A DNA stretch of 64,000 bases from Cyanophora paradoxa CCMP329 (taxonomy: Eukaryota; Plantae; Glaucophyta). Where the stretch lies: NCBI GenBank assembly GCA_004431415.1, contig QPMI01000675.1, positions 47,541 to 111,540 of the forward strand. Reading direction: 5' to 3'. A model generated the notes under the pieces. The model worked only from the letters and a program-made list of their open reading frames with translations. It ran no database searches and had not been told where the DNA came from. Position numbers and translations under genes: made by a program. Positions 50,077 to 61,490 of the stretch are shown here, piece after piece; positions within the stretch are counted from its first letter, which is position 1, and every line of letters starts with the position of its first letter.

Positions 50077-53000
50077 GCGCGGCTTGCGGCGGTCTCGGAC
50101 CTCGCCCAGCTCAGGGCCAGGGGCGATGGCGCTGGACGAGAGGAGCTCCCGTTCCAGGCCCGCGGCTGGGCCGCCGCTCGAGCCGGCGTCGCCGCTCGAG
50201 GGCGCCTCAGGGGCAGCCGGCGGCTCAGATGAGCCCGCTGTCGCCGCAGTGGTCGACGCAGCCGCGGAGGACGACGCCGCCGGGGCGCCGCCCTCGGGCC
50301 CCTCGTCGGGATCGTCCTGACGGGGGTACAGCGGCGGGCCGCAGCGCCAGTGGCGCGGGTTGTCGGCCTTGCGGGCGTCTTGCCCCGGCGCGGGGCCTCA
50401 GGCGGACGCTGGTCGCGCGGCAGGGGCGCGACAGGCCCCTCGTAGCGCCGCGGTCCCGACGGGAGCCGGCGGCGTACGCGATCGAGGAGGGTAACGGGGA
50501 ACCCGTCCTCGTCGAGCTCAAGCTCGGACGCCTCGCGCGGGGCCTCAGGCCCGGCACGGGCGGGGCGACCTCGCCATCGGAGCCCAGCTCCATGGGTCGG
50601 CCTCGGGAGCCGGCGGTGGGCTCGGAGAGCGCGGGGCCGGCGGCAGGCCCTGCTCGACAGCGAGGCGGTGCCACTCGTCAACCTCCTGCCGCATCGCGGC
50701 CCAGGTGGTCGGCTTGCGGCCGCGCCGGGTCGGCGGGCCGGCCTGCGGCAGCTGCAGGGCTGCGGGCAGGGGCGCCTCCTGCCCAGCGGCAGGGGCTCGG
50801 GGTTCGGGCGGCGCCGGGGCCCCCTGGGGCTCGTCTTCGGCGTCCGCCGGCGCGGCTCTGGGCGCGCGCTCGGAGCGGGAGACGGGCTCATCGTCGGAGC
50901 CCTCTCGGAAGGCCTCAGGCGGCGCGCGCGTCCGGCGTGGACGCGGCCCCTGGGCGGGCTGGACGTCTCGCCTCGCGGCGGGAGCGCCCTCGAAGGCGAG
51001 CTGGCGCCGGAGACGGGCCTGTCGCCTCGCGACGAGGATCTCCGCCCGACTCGGCGGGGCCGCCGGCGTTTCGGCCTCGGCGGGCCAGGCGCATGGGCGG
51101 GGCCCGGCAGCGCGGCCTCGTCCGGCTCATCAGCCAGCTCGGTCAGGCGGGGGCCCGGCGGGGCTTCCACGGCAACCCGGGCGTCCGCAGCGCCCTCGGC
51201 GCCCAGAGCGACTGCAAACAGCGGCAGCGGCTCATCGAGGTCGCCGGGCTGGGGCACGCCATGCCCCGCAGCGCCAGCCAGCGCGTCAGGCGCGGCTGAG
51301 CTGCCGTCGGCGCCGCCAGGGGCGAGAACCGGGTGGTTCAACGGGGGCCGCGAGCAGGCGTCGGGCCCTCCGTTATTGCGCCCCGCGCGGTACTCTACGA
51401 CGAAGTCGTAGGACTGCAGGAGGAGGGACCAGCGTCCCAGCCTCCCAGAGGTCGCCTCGCGCGAACGCAGCCACTGGAGCGCTTGGTGGTCCGTCCGGAC
51501 CAGGAACTGGGGCCCTCCCAAGAGGAAGTGCCGCCAGTATTTTATTGCCCATACAACCGCCAAGCACTCGAGCTCGGTGGCGGTGTAATTCCGCTCAGCG
51601 GGCGCCAGCGTTCGGCTGATGAACGCGATGGGCCGCTCACGGGCGGGCGAGCCGCCGTCGGACTGCGACAGGATCGCGCCGATGGCGTACGTCGACGCGT
51701 CGGTCGACAGGATGAAGGGCCGCTCGAAATCCGGGTACCCGAGTACCAGATCCTCGAGCAGGGCAGCCTTCAGCGCCTCGAAGGCGGCTTGGTGGACCTC
51801 GGTCCATTGCCACACGGCGTCCCGAAGCAGCAGGCGCTGCAAAGGGTGGGTGACACGGGCAAACCCGTTCACGAACCGCCGGTAGTACCCGGCCAAGCCC
51901 AGGAACGACCTCAATTGGTCAGCGTTCGCTGGCGGCGGGTACTGGCGAATGAACGCCAGCTTCGCGGGGTCCTGGCGGATCCCCTCGGCCGAGACGAGGT
52001 GCCCGAGCAGGGCAACCTCAGCCACCCCGAAGCGGCACTTGGAGGGCTTCAGGCGCAAGTTCGCCGGCATGATTGCGCGGAACAAGGCCTCGAGGTCCAG
52101 CAGGTGCTGGGGCACGCTCGGCGAGAACACCGTTATATCGTCGATATAAGCGGTGACGCAAGTCGTGAGCAGGGGGCCGAGGATGGCAGTCACGGCGCGC
52201 GAGAAGGCGGCCGGCCCGTTGGTCACACCGAACGGGGTCACGCGCCACTCGTAGTGGCCCCAGGGCACCACGAAGGCCGTGTACTGCCGGGACGCAGGGT
52301 CCAGCGGCAGCTGCCAGAAGCCCGCCGTCGCGTCGACGGTCGAGAAGATCATGGACCCCCGCAGGCGGTCCAGCTGATCGTCGATCCGCGGCAGCGGAAA
52401 GACGTCGCGCTCGGTGATTGCATTTAAGCGTCGGTAATCGACGCAGAACCGCCAGGTGCCGTCCTTCTTAGGAGCGAGCACGACCGGCGAGCCGTAGGCG
52501 GCTTGCGAGGGCTGGATCAAGCCCAGCTCAAGGAGCCGCTTTATTTCAGCACGGGCGAAGGCCTCGGCGTGCGGGCTTACACGCCGCGGGGGCGTGAAGA
52601 CGGGCAGCCGTGAGGTCAATCGGATCACGTGCTCGTAGTGGAGGAGGTTGGCCGTGCCCTCGGTGGCCGTGACCGAGTCGGCGAACGCGCACGAATAGCG
52701 CTTGAGCAGAGCCTCGAGCTCGGCGCGTTCAGCAGTGCTCATCGCCGGATGCGAGCCGCATTCCGGGATTTTAGCACGTGCTCGGTTCCACTCCTCCTCT
52801 TCGGAAGACGACGTCCCCGTCGTTTCCGGAGGCGCCCGCGGGGGGCCGCCATGGGAGGGTCCAGGCGCTGGGCCCGGAGGGGCGGCTCGCAGCGGCGCCT
52901 TGCCCTTGTCCTTGCCGCGCGCGGCAGAGGACTCGGCTGCAGAAGGCGCGCCCGGCGCGTCCGTGGTACGGACGGAGCAGCCAGGGCCGTCCAGCGGCGC

Positions 53001-53993
53001 TGGTGCCGTCGCGGGGCGGGCAGCAGCTGTGCTCGGCGCAGGCGCCGGCTGCTCGGCTGCGTCGGCAGCGAGATTTATTTGATCCCCGGAGGGATTGGTT
53101 GGGACTACGTTAGCCCCTTGACGCGCAACGCGCGCCGCGCGGGCGCGGCGGCGTGCGGCGCGCTCGGCGCGGCGGGCCGGCCGGGTTCGTTCACGCTCCT
53201 CTGGGGAGGTCCAACCCGGGTACCCGACGTCGCGCTCGAGCTCCGAGTCGGTGTCGGACGACACCGGCTCATCGTGGAGCGCGAGGCCCTCCATCGTGAC
53301 GATGGGGACCTCATGGCCCTCGTCGTCGTCGTCGCGCATCATGCGGACAAACAGCGGAGGTGCGCTCGGCGCAGGCTCCTGCCCGGTGGCTGCAGTCGCA
53401 TCGGACTGCCGGGCGGCGGGTGCCGCAAAGATAGGCCCCGGGGCAGGGTGCTGGGGCGTCGGCGCGCCCTCAGCTGCCATATAAGCCGCGGCCGTTCGAT
53501 TGGCCCGGCGACGCATCGAGCGGAAGCCTTGGCCCCGTTTAGGGTAAAAGGCTCGCAGCGTGCGGATGAAAGTATCGGCGACTGCGCGCACGGGCGCATC
53601 GTCTGGTGGCGGGTCATACCCGAAGTCGCCGGGCGGCAGGTTGTTAGCCTCCGCCACCGCAACAACGGCCCCTGCTGGCAGCAGGACGGGCTCATTGGCG
53701 GGATTTAATAGCCGCACATGCAGGCTGCCGCCCGCGGCTGGGCGCCGGTGCAGCTGGTGGGGCGCGAGTACCCCGAGCGCCGACAAGGAGTCGGGCGCCG
53801 GCCCGACGGCGAGCGTCGGAGCCTGGTCCGCAGGCGGCGCAGGGCCGTCAATCACGCAGCGGACCATCCACTCGCGCGCGTCCTTCAGGACGACAGGGCG
53901 AAGGACCCGGACAAGGAGAGGCCCCTTCGCTTGTCCGGGCAGCAAAAAGGGATCACGTGGGGGCGGAATTGCGCGTCGCGCGCGTGCAGGCAC
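49905..53993 (-). CDS. Retrotransposon reverse transcriptase + RNase H, with long low-complexity linkers
   Basis: SPVVLAPKKDGTWRFCVDYRRLN, PFGVTNGPAAF, YIDD (~52140); RNase H TDASTYAIGAILSQ, ELECLAVVWA, TDHQAL, DACSR. Confidence 0.95.
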   Translation of the reverse strand: MPARARRAIPPPRDPFLLPGQAKGPLLVRVLRPVVLKDAREWMVRCVIDGPAPPADQAPTLAVGPAPDSLSALGVLAPHQLHRRPAAGGSLHVRLLNPANEPVLLPAGAVVAVAEANNLPPGDFGYDPPPDDAPVRAVADTFIRTLRAFYPKRGQGFRSMRRRANRTAAAYMAAEGAPTPQHPAPGPIFAAPAARQSDATAATGQEPAPSAPPLFVRMMRDDDDEGHEVPIVTMEGLALHDEPVSSDTDSELERDVGYPGWTSPEERERTRPARRAERAARRRARAARVARQGANVVPTNPSGDQINLAADAAEQPAPAPSTAAARPATAPAPLDGPGCSVRTTDAPGAPSAAESSAARGKDKGKAPLRAAPPGPAPGPSHGGPPRAPPETTGTSSSEEEEWNRARAKIPECGSHPAMSTAERAELEALLKRYSCAFADSVTATEGTANLLHYEHVIRLTSRLPVFTPPRRVSPHAEAFARAEIKRLLELGLIQPSQAAYGSPVVLAPKKDGTWRFCVDYRRLNAITERDVFPLPRIDDQLDRLRGSMIFSTVDATAGFWQLPLDPASRQYTAFVVPWGHYEWRVTPFGVTNGPAAFSRAVTAILGPLLTTCVTAYIDDITVFSPSVPQHLLDLEALFRAIMPANLRLKPSKCRFGVAEVALLGHLVSAEGIRQDPAKLAFIRQYPPPANADQLRSFLGLAGYYRRFVNGFARVTHPLQRLLLRDAVWQWTEVHQAAFEALKAALLEDLVLGYPDFERPFILSTDASTYAIGAILSQSDGGSPARERPIAFISRTLAPAERNYTATELECLAVVWAIKYWRHFLLGGPQFLVRTDHQALQWLRSREATSGRLGRWSLLLQSYDFVVEYRAGRNNGGPDACSRPPLNHPVLAPGGADGSSAAPDALAGAAGHGVPQPGDLDEPLPLFAVALGAEGAADARVAVEAPPGPRLTELADEPDEAALPGPAHAPGPPRPKRRRPRRVGRRSSSRGDRPVSGASSPSRALPPRGETSSPPRGRVHAGRARRLRPSERAPTMSPSPAPSARPEPRRRTPKTSPRGPRRRPNPEPLPLGRRRPCPQPCSCRRPARRPGAAASRPPGPRCGRRLTSGTASLSSRACRRPRALRAHRRLPRPTHGAGLRWRGRPARAGPEAPREASELELDEDGFPVTLLDRVRRRLPSGPRRYEGPVAPLPRDQRPPEAPRRGKTPARPTTRATGAAARRCTPVRTIPTRGPRAAPRRRRPPRLRRPLRRQRAHLSRRLPLRRPRAATPARAAAQPRAWNGSSSRPAPSPLALSWARSETAASRACWSWSRTPGIARRRLPLTGPCPRPCATCSPRGESGCSLRRRRTRCAASCSPGTRTA

Positions 53994-55486
53994 CAGCCAG
54001 AGCTGGTGGTGTCTATCCGCCCCTCGACCATCATGATCGTGCCGATGCCCACGAGCAGGTCGGCATTGGGGCCCAGGGAGCCGTCAGGGACGACGTACAC
54101 GGCCCGCGAGACGTACACGTCACCGAAGCGCAGCACGACGTGCGCGATTTCGGCCGTGATCGTGGCGTGGTGTAGGAAGGCCCGCAGGACCTTCACGCCC
54201 GTGTACCGGGTGCCCGGGGGCATGTGGCGCTTCTCGCCAACTTCGCCCATAGCGCCGGTGTCAAAGAGGATTTGGACACGCGTGCTAGCGCCGAGAGTGC
54301 CGTCAGCATTCAGGGCGTAGACGAATCCTGGGCACTGCAGCTGCAGGCGCCGGAAATCGTGCGGGCGGCCCGAGATCCCATCGATCACATGCGCAATCGG
54401 GATAGGGGCGTTGAGGCTGCCGGGCGGCGCGCCTTCGGGGGACTCCGGGACCGCGAGGTCCGACGGGCGGTCCGGGCCGTACCCGGTGAGGTCACCAGGG
54501 TCGGCGGCGGGCGTGGGGAAGTGCAGCGACGAGCGCTGCCGGCTGTTGCTGGCGTGCAACGCCGCGGACCGACTCTGCGGGGCTGCAGAGGTTTTCCGGT
54601 CCGGCCCGTCCGTGAGGGGCTGCGGCTCCCTGGTCGCAGCCGCCAGGACGCTTTCGGCGATGGACCGCGGCTGCAGTGCAGCGCGCGTCGCGAAGTCGTC
54701 CTCGCCGTCATCGTCCCCGTAGACACGGAGGACGGCGCGGGCGCCAGGACGGCAGCGGCCCTCGGCCTGGCGCGCCTGGGCCTGCCCAATCAGCCGGAGC
54801 AGCTCGGATTCGATCCGATCGAACTGTTCCAAGCTGGGAACGGCCGCAGCCCAAATCGTCGCGGCGACGTTGAGGGCCGCCCACGAGGCGCCGCTGGGCA
54901 GCGTCGTGCCCGGAAGATTGTGACCGGCGGCGGTCGCAATCTCGTCCAGGACTTCGGACAGAAGCGGCGGGCTTGCTTCGTTGCCAGCCTCGAGCAGGAG
55001 GCGCAAGCGAGCGCGCCAGTTTTTGGCGGCTTGGTAGTGGGCTGCACCGGCGCTGTCGCCGGGCGCCGGCGCGCCGGGGCCAGCAGGGGCGGTCACGCCC
55101 GGCATCGGCGGCCCGTACATCATGCCCGGCGGCCAATAGTAGCCGCCGCCTCCGGGCATCTGAGGCATCAGGGCCGGTGGCGGCCCGCCCCAGGTGGGCC
55201 GCGGCGGCGGCGGGCCCATGGGGAATGGCGGGTACGCCGCGGCGTCAGCCGGCGGGACACCGCTGGGTGCAACGCGAGCCCGCTTGTTGCGGCGCTCGGC
55301 TTCGGCTAGGAGGCGGGCGCGCGTCTCCTCCGGCGTGGGCGCCGGTGCGGGCGCGTCCTCGAGCTCGAGGCCGTGCTCACGCGCGACGGCAGCGAACGCT
55401 GCGTCATCGAGGCCGGCGAAGTCGTCGGCGTCGCTCGCCGCAGGCGCGGTCGAAGCGGTCACCGTGACGCGGTTGCCGTGCATCAC
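53885..55486 (-). CDS. Retrotransposon segment containing the aspartic protease
   Basis: ILFDTGA (~54260) followed by DLLVGI; Pro-rich region upstream. Confidence 0.8.
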   Translation of the reverse strand: MMHGNRVTVTASTAPAASDADDFAGLDDAAFAAVAREHGLELEDAPAPAPTPEETRARLLAEAERRNKRARVAPSGVPPADAAAYPPFPMGPPPPRPTWGGPPPALMPQMPGGGGYYWPPGMMYGPPMPGVTAPAGPGAPAPGDSAGAAHYQAAKNWRARLRLLLEAGNEASPPLLSEVLDEIATAAGHNLPGTTLPSGASWAALNVAATIWAAAVPSLEQFDRIESELLRLIGQAQARQAEGRCRPGARAVLRVYGDDDGEDDFATRAALQPRSIAESVLAAATREPQPLTDGPDRKTSAAPQSRSAALHASNSRQRSSLHFPTPAADPGDLTGYGPDRPSDLAVPESPEGAPPGSLNAPIPIAHVIDGISGRPHDFRRLQLQCPGFVYALNADGTLGASTRVQILFDTGAMGEVGEKRHMPPGTRYTGVKVLRAFLHHATITAEIAHVVLRFGDVYVSRAVYVVPDGSLGPNADLLVGIGTIMMVEGRIDTTSSGWCLHARDAQFRPHVIPFCCPDKRRGLSLSGSFALSS

Positions 55487-58400
55487 GCGCCGGTCCGGTG
55501 AGTGCCTTCACGGGCACGGCCACCGCGCGCACGGTCGGCGGGGGACCGGGAGGAGGACTCGCGCGGCGGGGCCGAGCGAGCCTCGCGGCGCTCGGCTTCC
55601 GGGTGCTGCCGCTTCGCGCCTTGCGGCGTGCGGGACGCACGGCGCCGTTCAGGCACCGGCGAGCGGGAGGCGCGGGGAGCGGGGCTCGGCTCGCGCGACC
55701 CGGAGCCCGTTGTGCCCGAGGCAGAGGACGCTTCGTCCTTTGCCTTCTTGGGCGTCGAGTCACCCCGGACCTGGGCCCGCAGGGTCTTCGGGATGACCTC
55801 GGGGCGGCGCCCGCTCCAGTGCATGAGGAGGGCAGCCGACATCCGGTAATGGAACGGCGTGACCGCCATTACCGTGGTGCCCAGGTCGGGCGCATCCGCA
55901 GGTGCGGGGAAGGGCGCATCCGGCTTAGCGACCGTGTCGAAAGCCGGCGCCGGCCAAAGGTCGGAGACCAAGAGGCGCGGCGGGCGTGCGCTCGTCATGA
56001 TGGGCCAGAGGACATCATTGATCTTCTGAACCCAGCTCAGGAGAGCCCGCGAGGTGGCTTCCTGGCCGTGGAGCATGTGATCCTCGCCAGCATGCGAGAG
56101 ATGCCGGGCGGCCCACGTGTCACGGTCGACGTGACAGAACTCGCGCATGCCGTGCGCGGTGGTACGGGCGGGCAGGATGCGCTCAAGGAGGCGAACATCC
56201 AAGCAGCCGACAGTGTCCTCATGCTTTGCGAGCAGTGCGCGAAGCTGAGTCGTCGCGGGCAAACCCCAGATCTGCAGCATCGCGTCTGCGAGCTGCTTCT
56301 TCGACGCCGGCGCATTGTCGAGCCACGATGTGGCGACAGCGGTCGGGCGGGGAAGGTCTGGCATGGAGAACCAGAACAGGGTCGCCAGCGGAAGCTGGGA
56401 GGCCAGAACGAGGGCCGCGTACTCGTCGACAATGTCCGTAGGGACTTTGTCTTTGACGGTGTGGTAGACAGCGTAAAGCTCGTCACCATCGACCGTGCGC
56501 ATGTGGCTACCGCGCTTGTCAGCGCTCAGAGTATTGCGGTCACCGCGATAGCAGATATCCCGCAAGAACTCATAGGCCGCGGTCGGCCCCACGACGTGCA
56601 TCTGCACGTTGTACCCTGCCACCGGCGCCGGGCGCCGGGGCTCAGGCAGCTCGTGGCCGAGGATCCAGCCGGCCAAGTGGTTCACATACCCCGCAAGCAG
56701 GGATGCGACGAACTCACGAGTCGGCAGCGGTGCCCACGTGGCGCCGTTCTCGGTGACGATGGGCAGACGAGCGGGTGCATCCGCGTCCCCTTGTGCATCG
56801 GGTTCACCGGCGGCCGGCTGGACTCGTACCCCAGCGTAAAGACGCGGGGCGGCAAGCGGTCGAGCTGGCGACGCGCCTCCGCCTCGGAGGGGTACTGCAT
56901 CGCGACGTGGGCGGGGCCCAGCGTGACGCGGATGGCGTTCTTCCCGGCGGCGTCGCCGAGGACGTCGAGGGCGTTCGCATCGAGCTCAGCCGCGAAGGCA
57001 CGCTCGGAGCTTAGGACCGGCTCGCCGGGGACGAGCATGCGCACGCGCGAGTCGGCTTGCGCGACTACGCGGATGCCGAACTTGCGGCCGAAGCGCGGGT
57101 CCTTGAACGCGACCACGCGACTGCGCGGTGGTGCACGGTTCGGCCCCGCGTGGGGGTTGAACTGGTGCGGCCGGTGCAGGTACGCGTAGGACATGCGACA
57201 CGTGTGGTGCATGACCGTGTTCAGCGTGGCGTACGCCTTCGTGATCGGCCCGTCCTCACGGAGCGGGAGAGCGGGCTCCGAGGAGACCCACTTAGTGATG
57301 TGCTCATCGAGCCCCATCATCGCGAGCACGTAGGGCAGGCCCTGGACGTCCGCACCCTCGAGGGTGGTCGGAGTCGGCGGGACCGGCGGCCCGTAGAGCA
57401 AAATCGCGGCAGGGATGCCGCGGTTATGCCCTTCGACGTTTCCAAGGACCGTCGAGGCGAGGCTGTGCAGAGCAGCATCGGCGTCGAGCGCGTCCGGGTG
57501 GAAGCGCGTTTGCAGGTGTGTGCCCGGGTTAAACACGGGGCCGCAGTCCCGTGGCCCGTTCTCGCCGTACATGAGAGTACGGAGGCGGGGGATTGCGCCC
57601 CAGGGCTGCTGCTCGGGCAACGTGTTGGTTGCGGAGCCGCCCCGAGCGGGTCCGGGAGCAGCACGCAGTACTTTTCGCAGTACCGCAGGCGCTCGAGCGT
57701 GCCGTCGTACCAAGTGCGCGAGCCCGGAGGGGCTTGCGGGTCCGGAGCCGGGGGCTCGGAGGGACCGGCGGCAGCGGCGCTCGAGGCGGAGGCGGCGGCT
57801 GTGGCCTCGACCATGGGCGTGTCGCCCGCGGCGTCGCGCTCGTTCGCGCGAACGGCGCCGGCCCAGTCGTCGATCCACCGCACGAACGGCAGAGAGCGGA
57901 TGACGACTTCCGCGCCCTCGACGGGGAAGTCGATTTCGCCCAGGGTCCAAGAGGCCCCTTCGACGGCGTTGTCGTACAGCCGAACCTCCTGGCTCAGCCA
58001 GGAGTCCGCGTCCATCTTTGCGGCGGCCCGCTGAACAACTTCGGAGATGTTCAGGTCCGGGGGGTACATGGAGGCGAGCTCGCAGACGAGACCCTCGCAA
58101 CCCGGGTGCAGCGCGCGGACGCGCCCGTAGAAGAAGCGAACTTCTTCGGGCAGCTGTTGTTCCGAGTACGGAACAAAGGGCACGGTTCCCGGACCAGTGC
58201 GTCCGCTGAACCAGCACGACATCAGCCAGCGTGCGTGGGCAGGCACGGGCTCGACGACATCAAGACCGGGCCCCGTGTTTTGGGACGCGCGCCAGCGGTC
58301 ATTGACGTAGTATCCCGGCAGGCGGGAGACGTGGAACTCAAAGCGGTCCAGGAAAACCGCGTCCCAGTGGGAACAGGTCCACCGGTCCGGCTCCGTCGGG

Positions 58401-61400
58401 AGCTCAGGGCGCGGGGTCAAGAGACCCGAGTTCCAGGCTGCAAGTTCGAACGACGCAACCGCGCGCCGTAGGAACCGCACGTTGGCGGGTGCCGCTGGGG
58501 CACGCTCAGCTCAAGTCGCTCCCACGCCTCGCGCGAGGCGTCTGCGTGGAAGTGGCTAAACCGGCGCCACGGGGGCTGCGCGGTTTCTGCTGCGAGCCAG
58601 CCCTGGAGTTCGGGGTGGGCTCGATTTGCAGCAGGAGCGGGTTCTGGGCCTGCGTGAGGCCACTGTTCGCGAGCCACATGTGCTCGACCGACGTCGACCA
58701 GTTGGACGACGGGGCGGGGCAACCGACGAGCTCAAAGAGCTTTGCGTCGATGCCGCCTCGGACGAAGAGCGCGTGCCACATGTGCTCACGGGCGTCGGCA
58801 TCGATACCCGCATGCTCATCGGATTCCATGGCGTCTGGAGGCGGCGTGGCAGCGCCACCCTCGCCCTCATCCGACGAGCCGGAGCCCGGGTCCGAACTGC
58901 CGCTGGCGGCGGCGCGGTCGCCGGGCGGGCGAGCAGGGGCACCGCGGCGGGCGCGCGAGCCGCCTCGTCCACGGCCCTCGGTGGTGCCGGCGGCTGCCGC
59001 AGTCGGCTTGCCGCGGCCACGGCGCGTGGTGGCGACTGTTCGGGCCAACGCATCGCACGAAGCGATGATTTCGTTATGCTTGTCCACACCGAACTGTTGG
59101 TGTGGGGGCCCTTATAGCGCCGGCGCACTTCGCCGTAGACCAACCGCATGCGGTGGGCCGGCTTATCAAGGAGCGTGGTGGCGTAAACGCCGGACTGCGA
59201 CATGCAGTAGCAGACCCAGACGAACACACACCACGTGAATTCGCCATTGCGAGCGGCGGAATCCATTTCTCCTTGCAGCGCTTTCATGAGCCACAGGAAC
59301 TCGGGGCTCGAGCGGCGCTCGTTCTTCACCAGGTCCGGCGGACCAAGGCGCGGGACGGCGCGGGAGGCGAGCAGGTCGAGCACGTCGACCTCGCGATGGT
59401 TATCGCGGCGGGCACCGGATAACGGCGATCGAGGAACGCCTCGATGCTAGGCCCGCGCATCAGGGGGTCGGCGTCCGGGTGGTGCCGGAACCGGAGCCCT
59501 CGTCGGGACCGACGGGGCGGTCCACAACGACGGTGGGGGCAGCGCGGTACGTGCCAATCCCCAGGAGCCAGTCAGAGAACAGCAGAGAGCTGAACTCGTC
59601 GGGGCGCCGCGGGTCAATGAGCCGGGCCATGCGCTGCACGGCGACGCGCTCGGGCACGTAGACAACGCGCCACTTGTCCAAATCGGAGCCGTGCTGGACG
59701 AGCTCGGAAAGGTTGACGAGCGGGGGCTCGCCCCGCACGCAGCGGGCGCGGCGCTCGGCTGTGTGGCCAGGACGCGAGCGGCGACGGTGCCCTCGGAGCT
59801 CTTGTCGAAGCAAGCAGCGCCGGCGACCTCACGCAGCCTTGCGGCATACGTTTGGTACTGAGTGACGGGCGGAGCCACGTCGTGAGGGGTGATCCACTCA
59901 AAGAGGCTGTTCTTGCCAAATCCCAGAGCCCCGGAACGACCGTGAGGGTGCGGAAACGGATTATGGCCAGCAGCAACTGCACGCAGTATGCGTGGAAGTC
60001 GCAGTCCTCGTGGAGGATCTCGCGGGCTGCGGCGAGTGCCGAGCGCATCGCGTGATAGCCCGTCAGGGCCGGCGAGACCGGGTATCGGGCGTCTCGTCCC
60101 AGTCCCGCGGGTCAAACGCCACGTCATACCCGTTGGCACTCTCAGCCAGGATGCGGGCCACTGCAAGCCCGGCTGGGCGAGCAGGTACGCGGACGCGACG
60201 AGAAGGGACAAGATCGGCGAGCGATCAGAGTCGCTAAGCCAACTCGCCTCAGATGCGAGGTCCAGCATGCCGACTTCGGGGCATGCTGCTCCCAAGCGGC
60301 GAGCAGATCGTCCCACGCGCGCGGCGACGCGGTGTCGAACTCGAAGGCGAGATCGGGCCAGACGACTTCGGAGTCGTCAGGCGGGGGACCGACCCCGGAG
60401 CACGAGCCCGGGTCCTCGGGTGGGCGAACGCCGCGCGCAGAATTGCACGCATAGCGCGGCCGGAATCCGGGCCCTCATGCAGGCGGTGGTCCGTGCGGGC
60501 GACCACGGCCGCAGTCTCGATCACGCAAGCGAGGTTGTTAACCTCGGTGCGCTGAGTCAAGCGACCCAGGAGGAGACGGTCCGCGCGTTCAGTCCGCAGG
60601 CGCCCAGGAAGCGATCGGCAACGATGCCGATCGTACCTCGCCGGCAAGTTTGCGCACAAGCGGGATTTGCTTATGCCCCTCCATGCCGTTGGTGAAGAGG
60701 AGCCCGACGGCCCTCGACAGCGCGCGAGGCTCCGAGGCCAGCAGCGCGTACCACTTAGAGAGTGGCATGAGCAGGGGGGCAATGCGGCGGACAATGAAGC
60801 GGCTGCCCTCGCGTTGCGAGTCAACGAGCACGCTCTCGGTGTGGTCGCCGGGCATGTACCGCAGCCCGGTGGGCGCGGACATTGGCTTTTTCTCGACGTA
60901 TTCGAGACCCGAGCCCTTGCCGCAGGGATCCAGGGGGTCGGACTCCGAGCGGACGCTCAGTCCGTCGGCGTCGGTCTCGCCGATTTCCGAGTCCCCTGAG
61001 CCATCGTCGCATGCCGGGCTGGCAAAGCGCAGGGCGGCCTCGAACTCGGTCTCACGCGCGGCGTCGTCAAGGGCGCCGGCAGCGAGGGTCGAGGCGGCCG
61101 CGTCGAAGGCGGCCTGGTCACGCGCCCGGGCGCGGTGACGCTGGCGTCGGCCGGCTGCGCACGGCGGCGACGGGACGCTGAGGTCCATGTCCGTCTCAGT
61201 GCCCACGGCATCACGAGGACGGACTTGATCGACGGTCGCCGGTTGGGGCGCCCGGCCGGGCTGCTGCCTGCCGAGGAGGAGCTCGCGGCACGCGCGGCTC
61301 GTGCAGGGCTTGCTGCTGCGACTGAACAGCAGATGCTGGAAGAATTCAGCCATGTGGGCAGCGCCCGGGTTCGGCGGCTCGGAGCGCGGCGGATCGCCTC

Positions 61401-61490
61401 CGGCGCGAACTTGGTTGAACCGGGGCCGGGCCCGCGGTTCTGCTCGGGGCCATAGCCGCGGCCGCGGCCGCTCTGGGCGTTGCCCTGGGC
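54330..61490 (-). CDS. ~7-kb unassigned coding region inside the retrotransposon polyprotein (overlapping ORF pieces)
   Basis: Tiled protein-like ORFs (60589-61500, 59460-60316, 58506-59383, 57317-58480, 56682-57640, 55483-56760). The joins checked are single-base shifts at homopolymers. Confidence 0.65.

Noticed and set aside
55483-56685. Bacterial-style coupled stop/start (GTGA) overlaps suggesting an operon in the retroelement
   Set aside because: At 56685 the reading frame continues upstream of the GTG as natural protein (IVTENGATWAPLPTREF...). The overlaps are better explained as ORF-caller artefacts around single-base indels.
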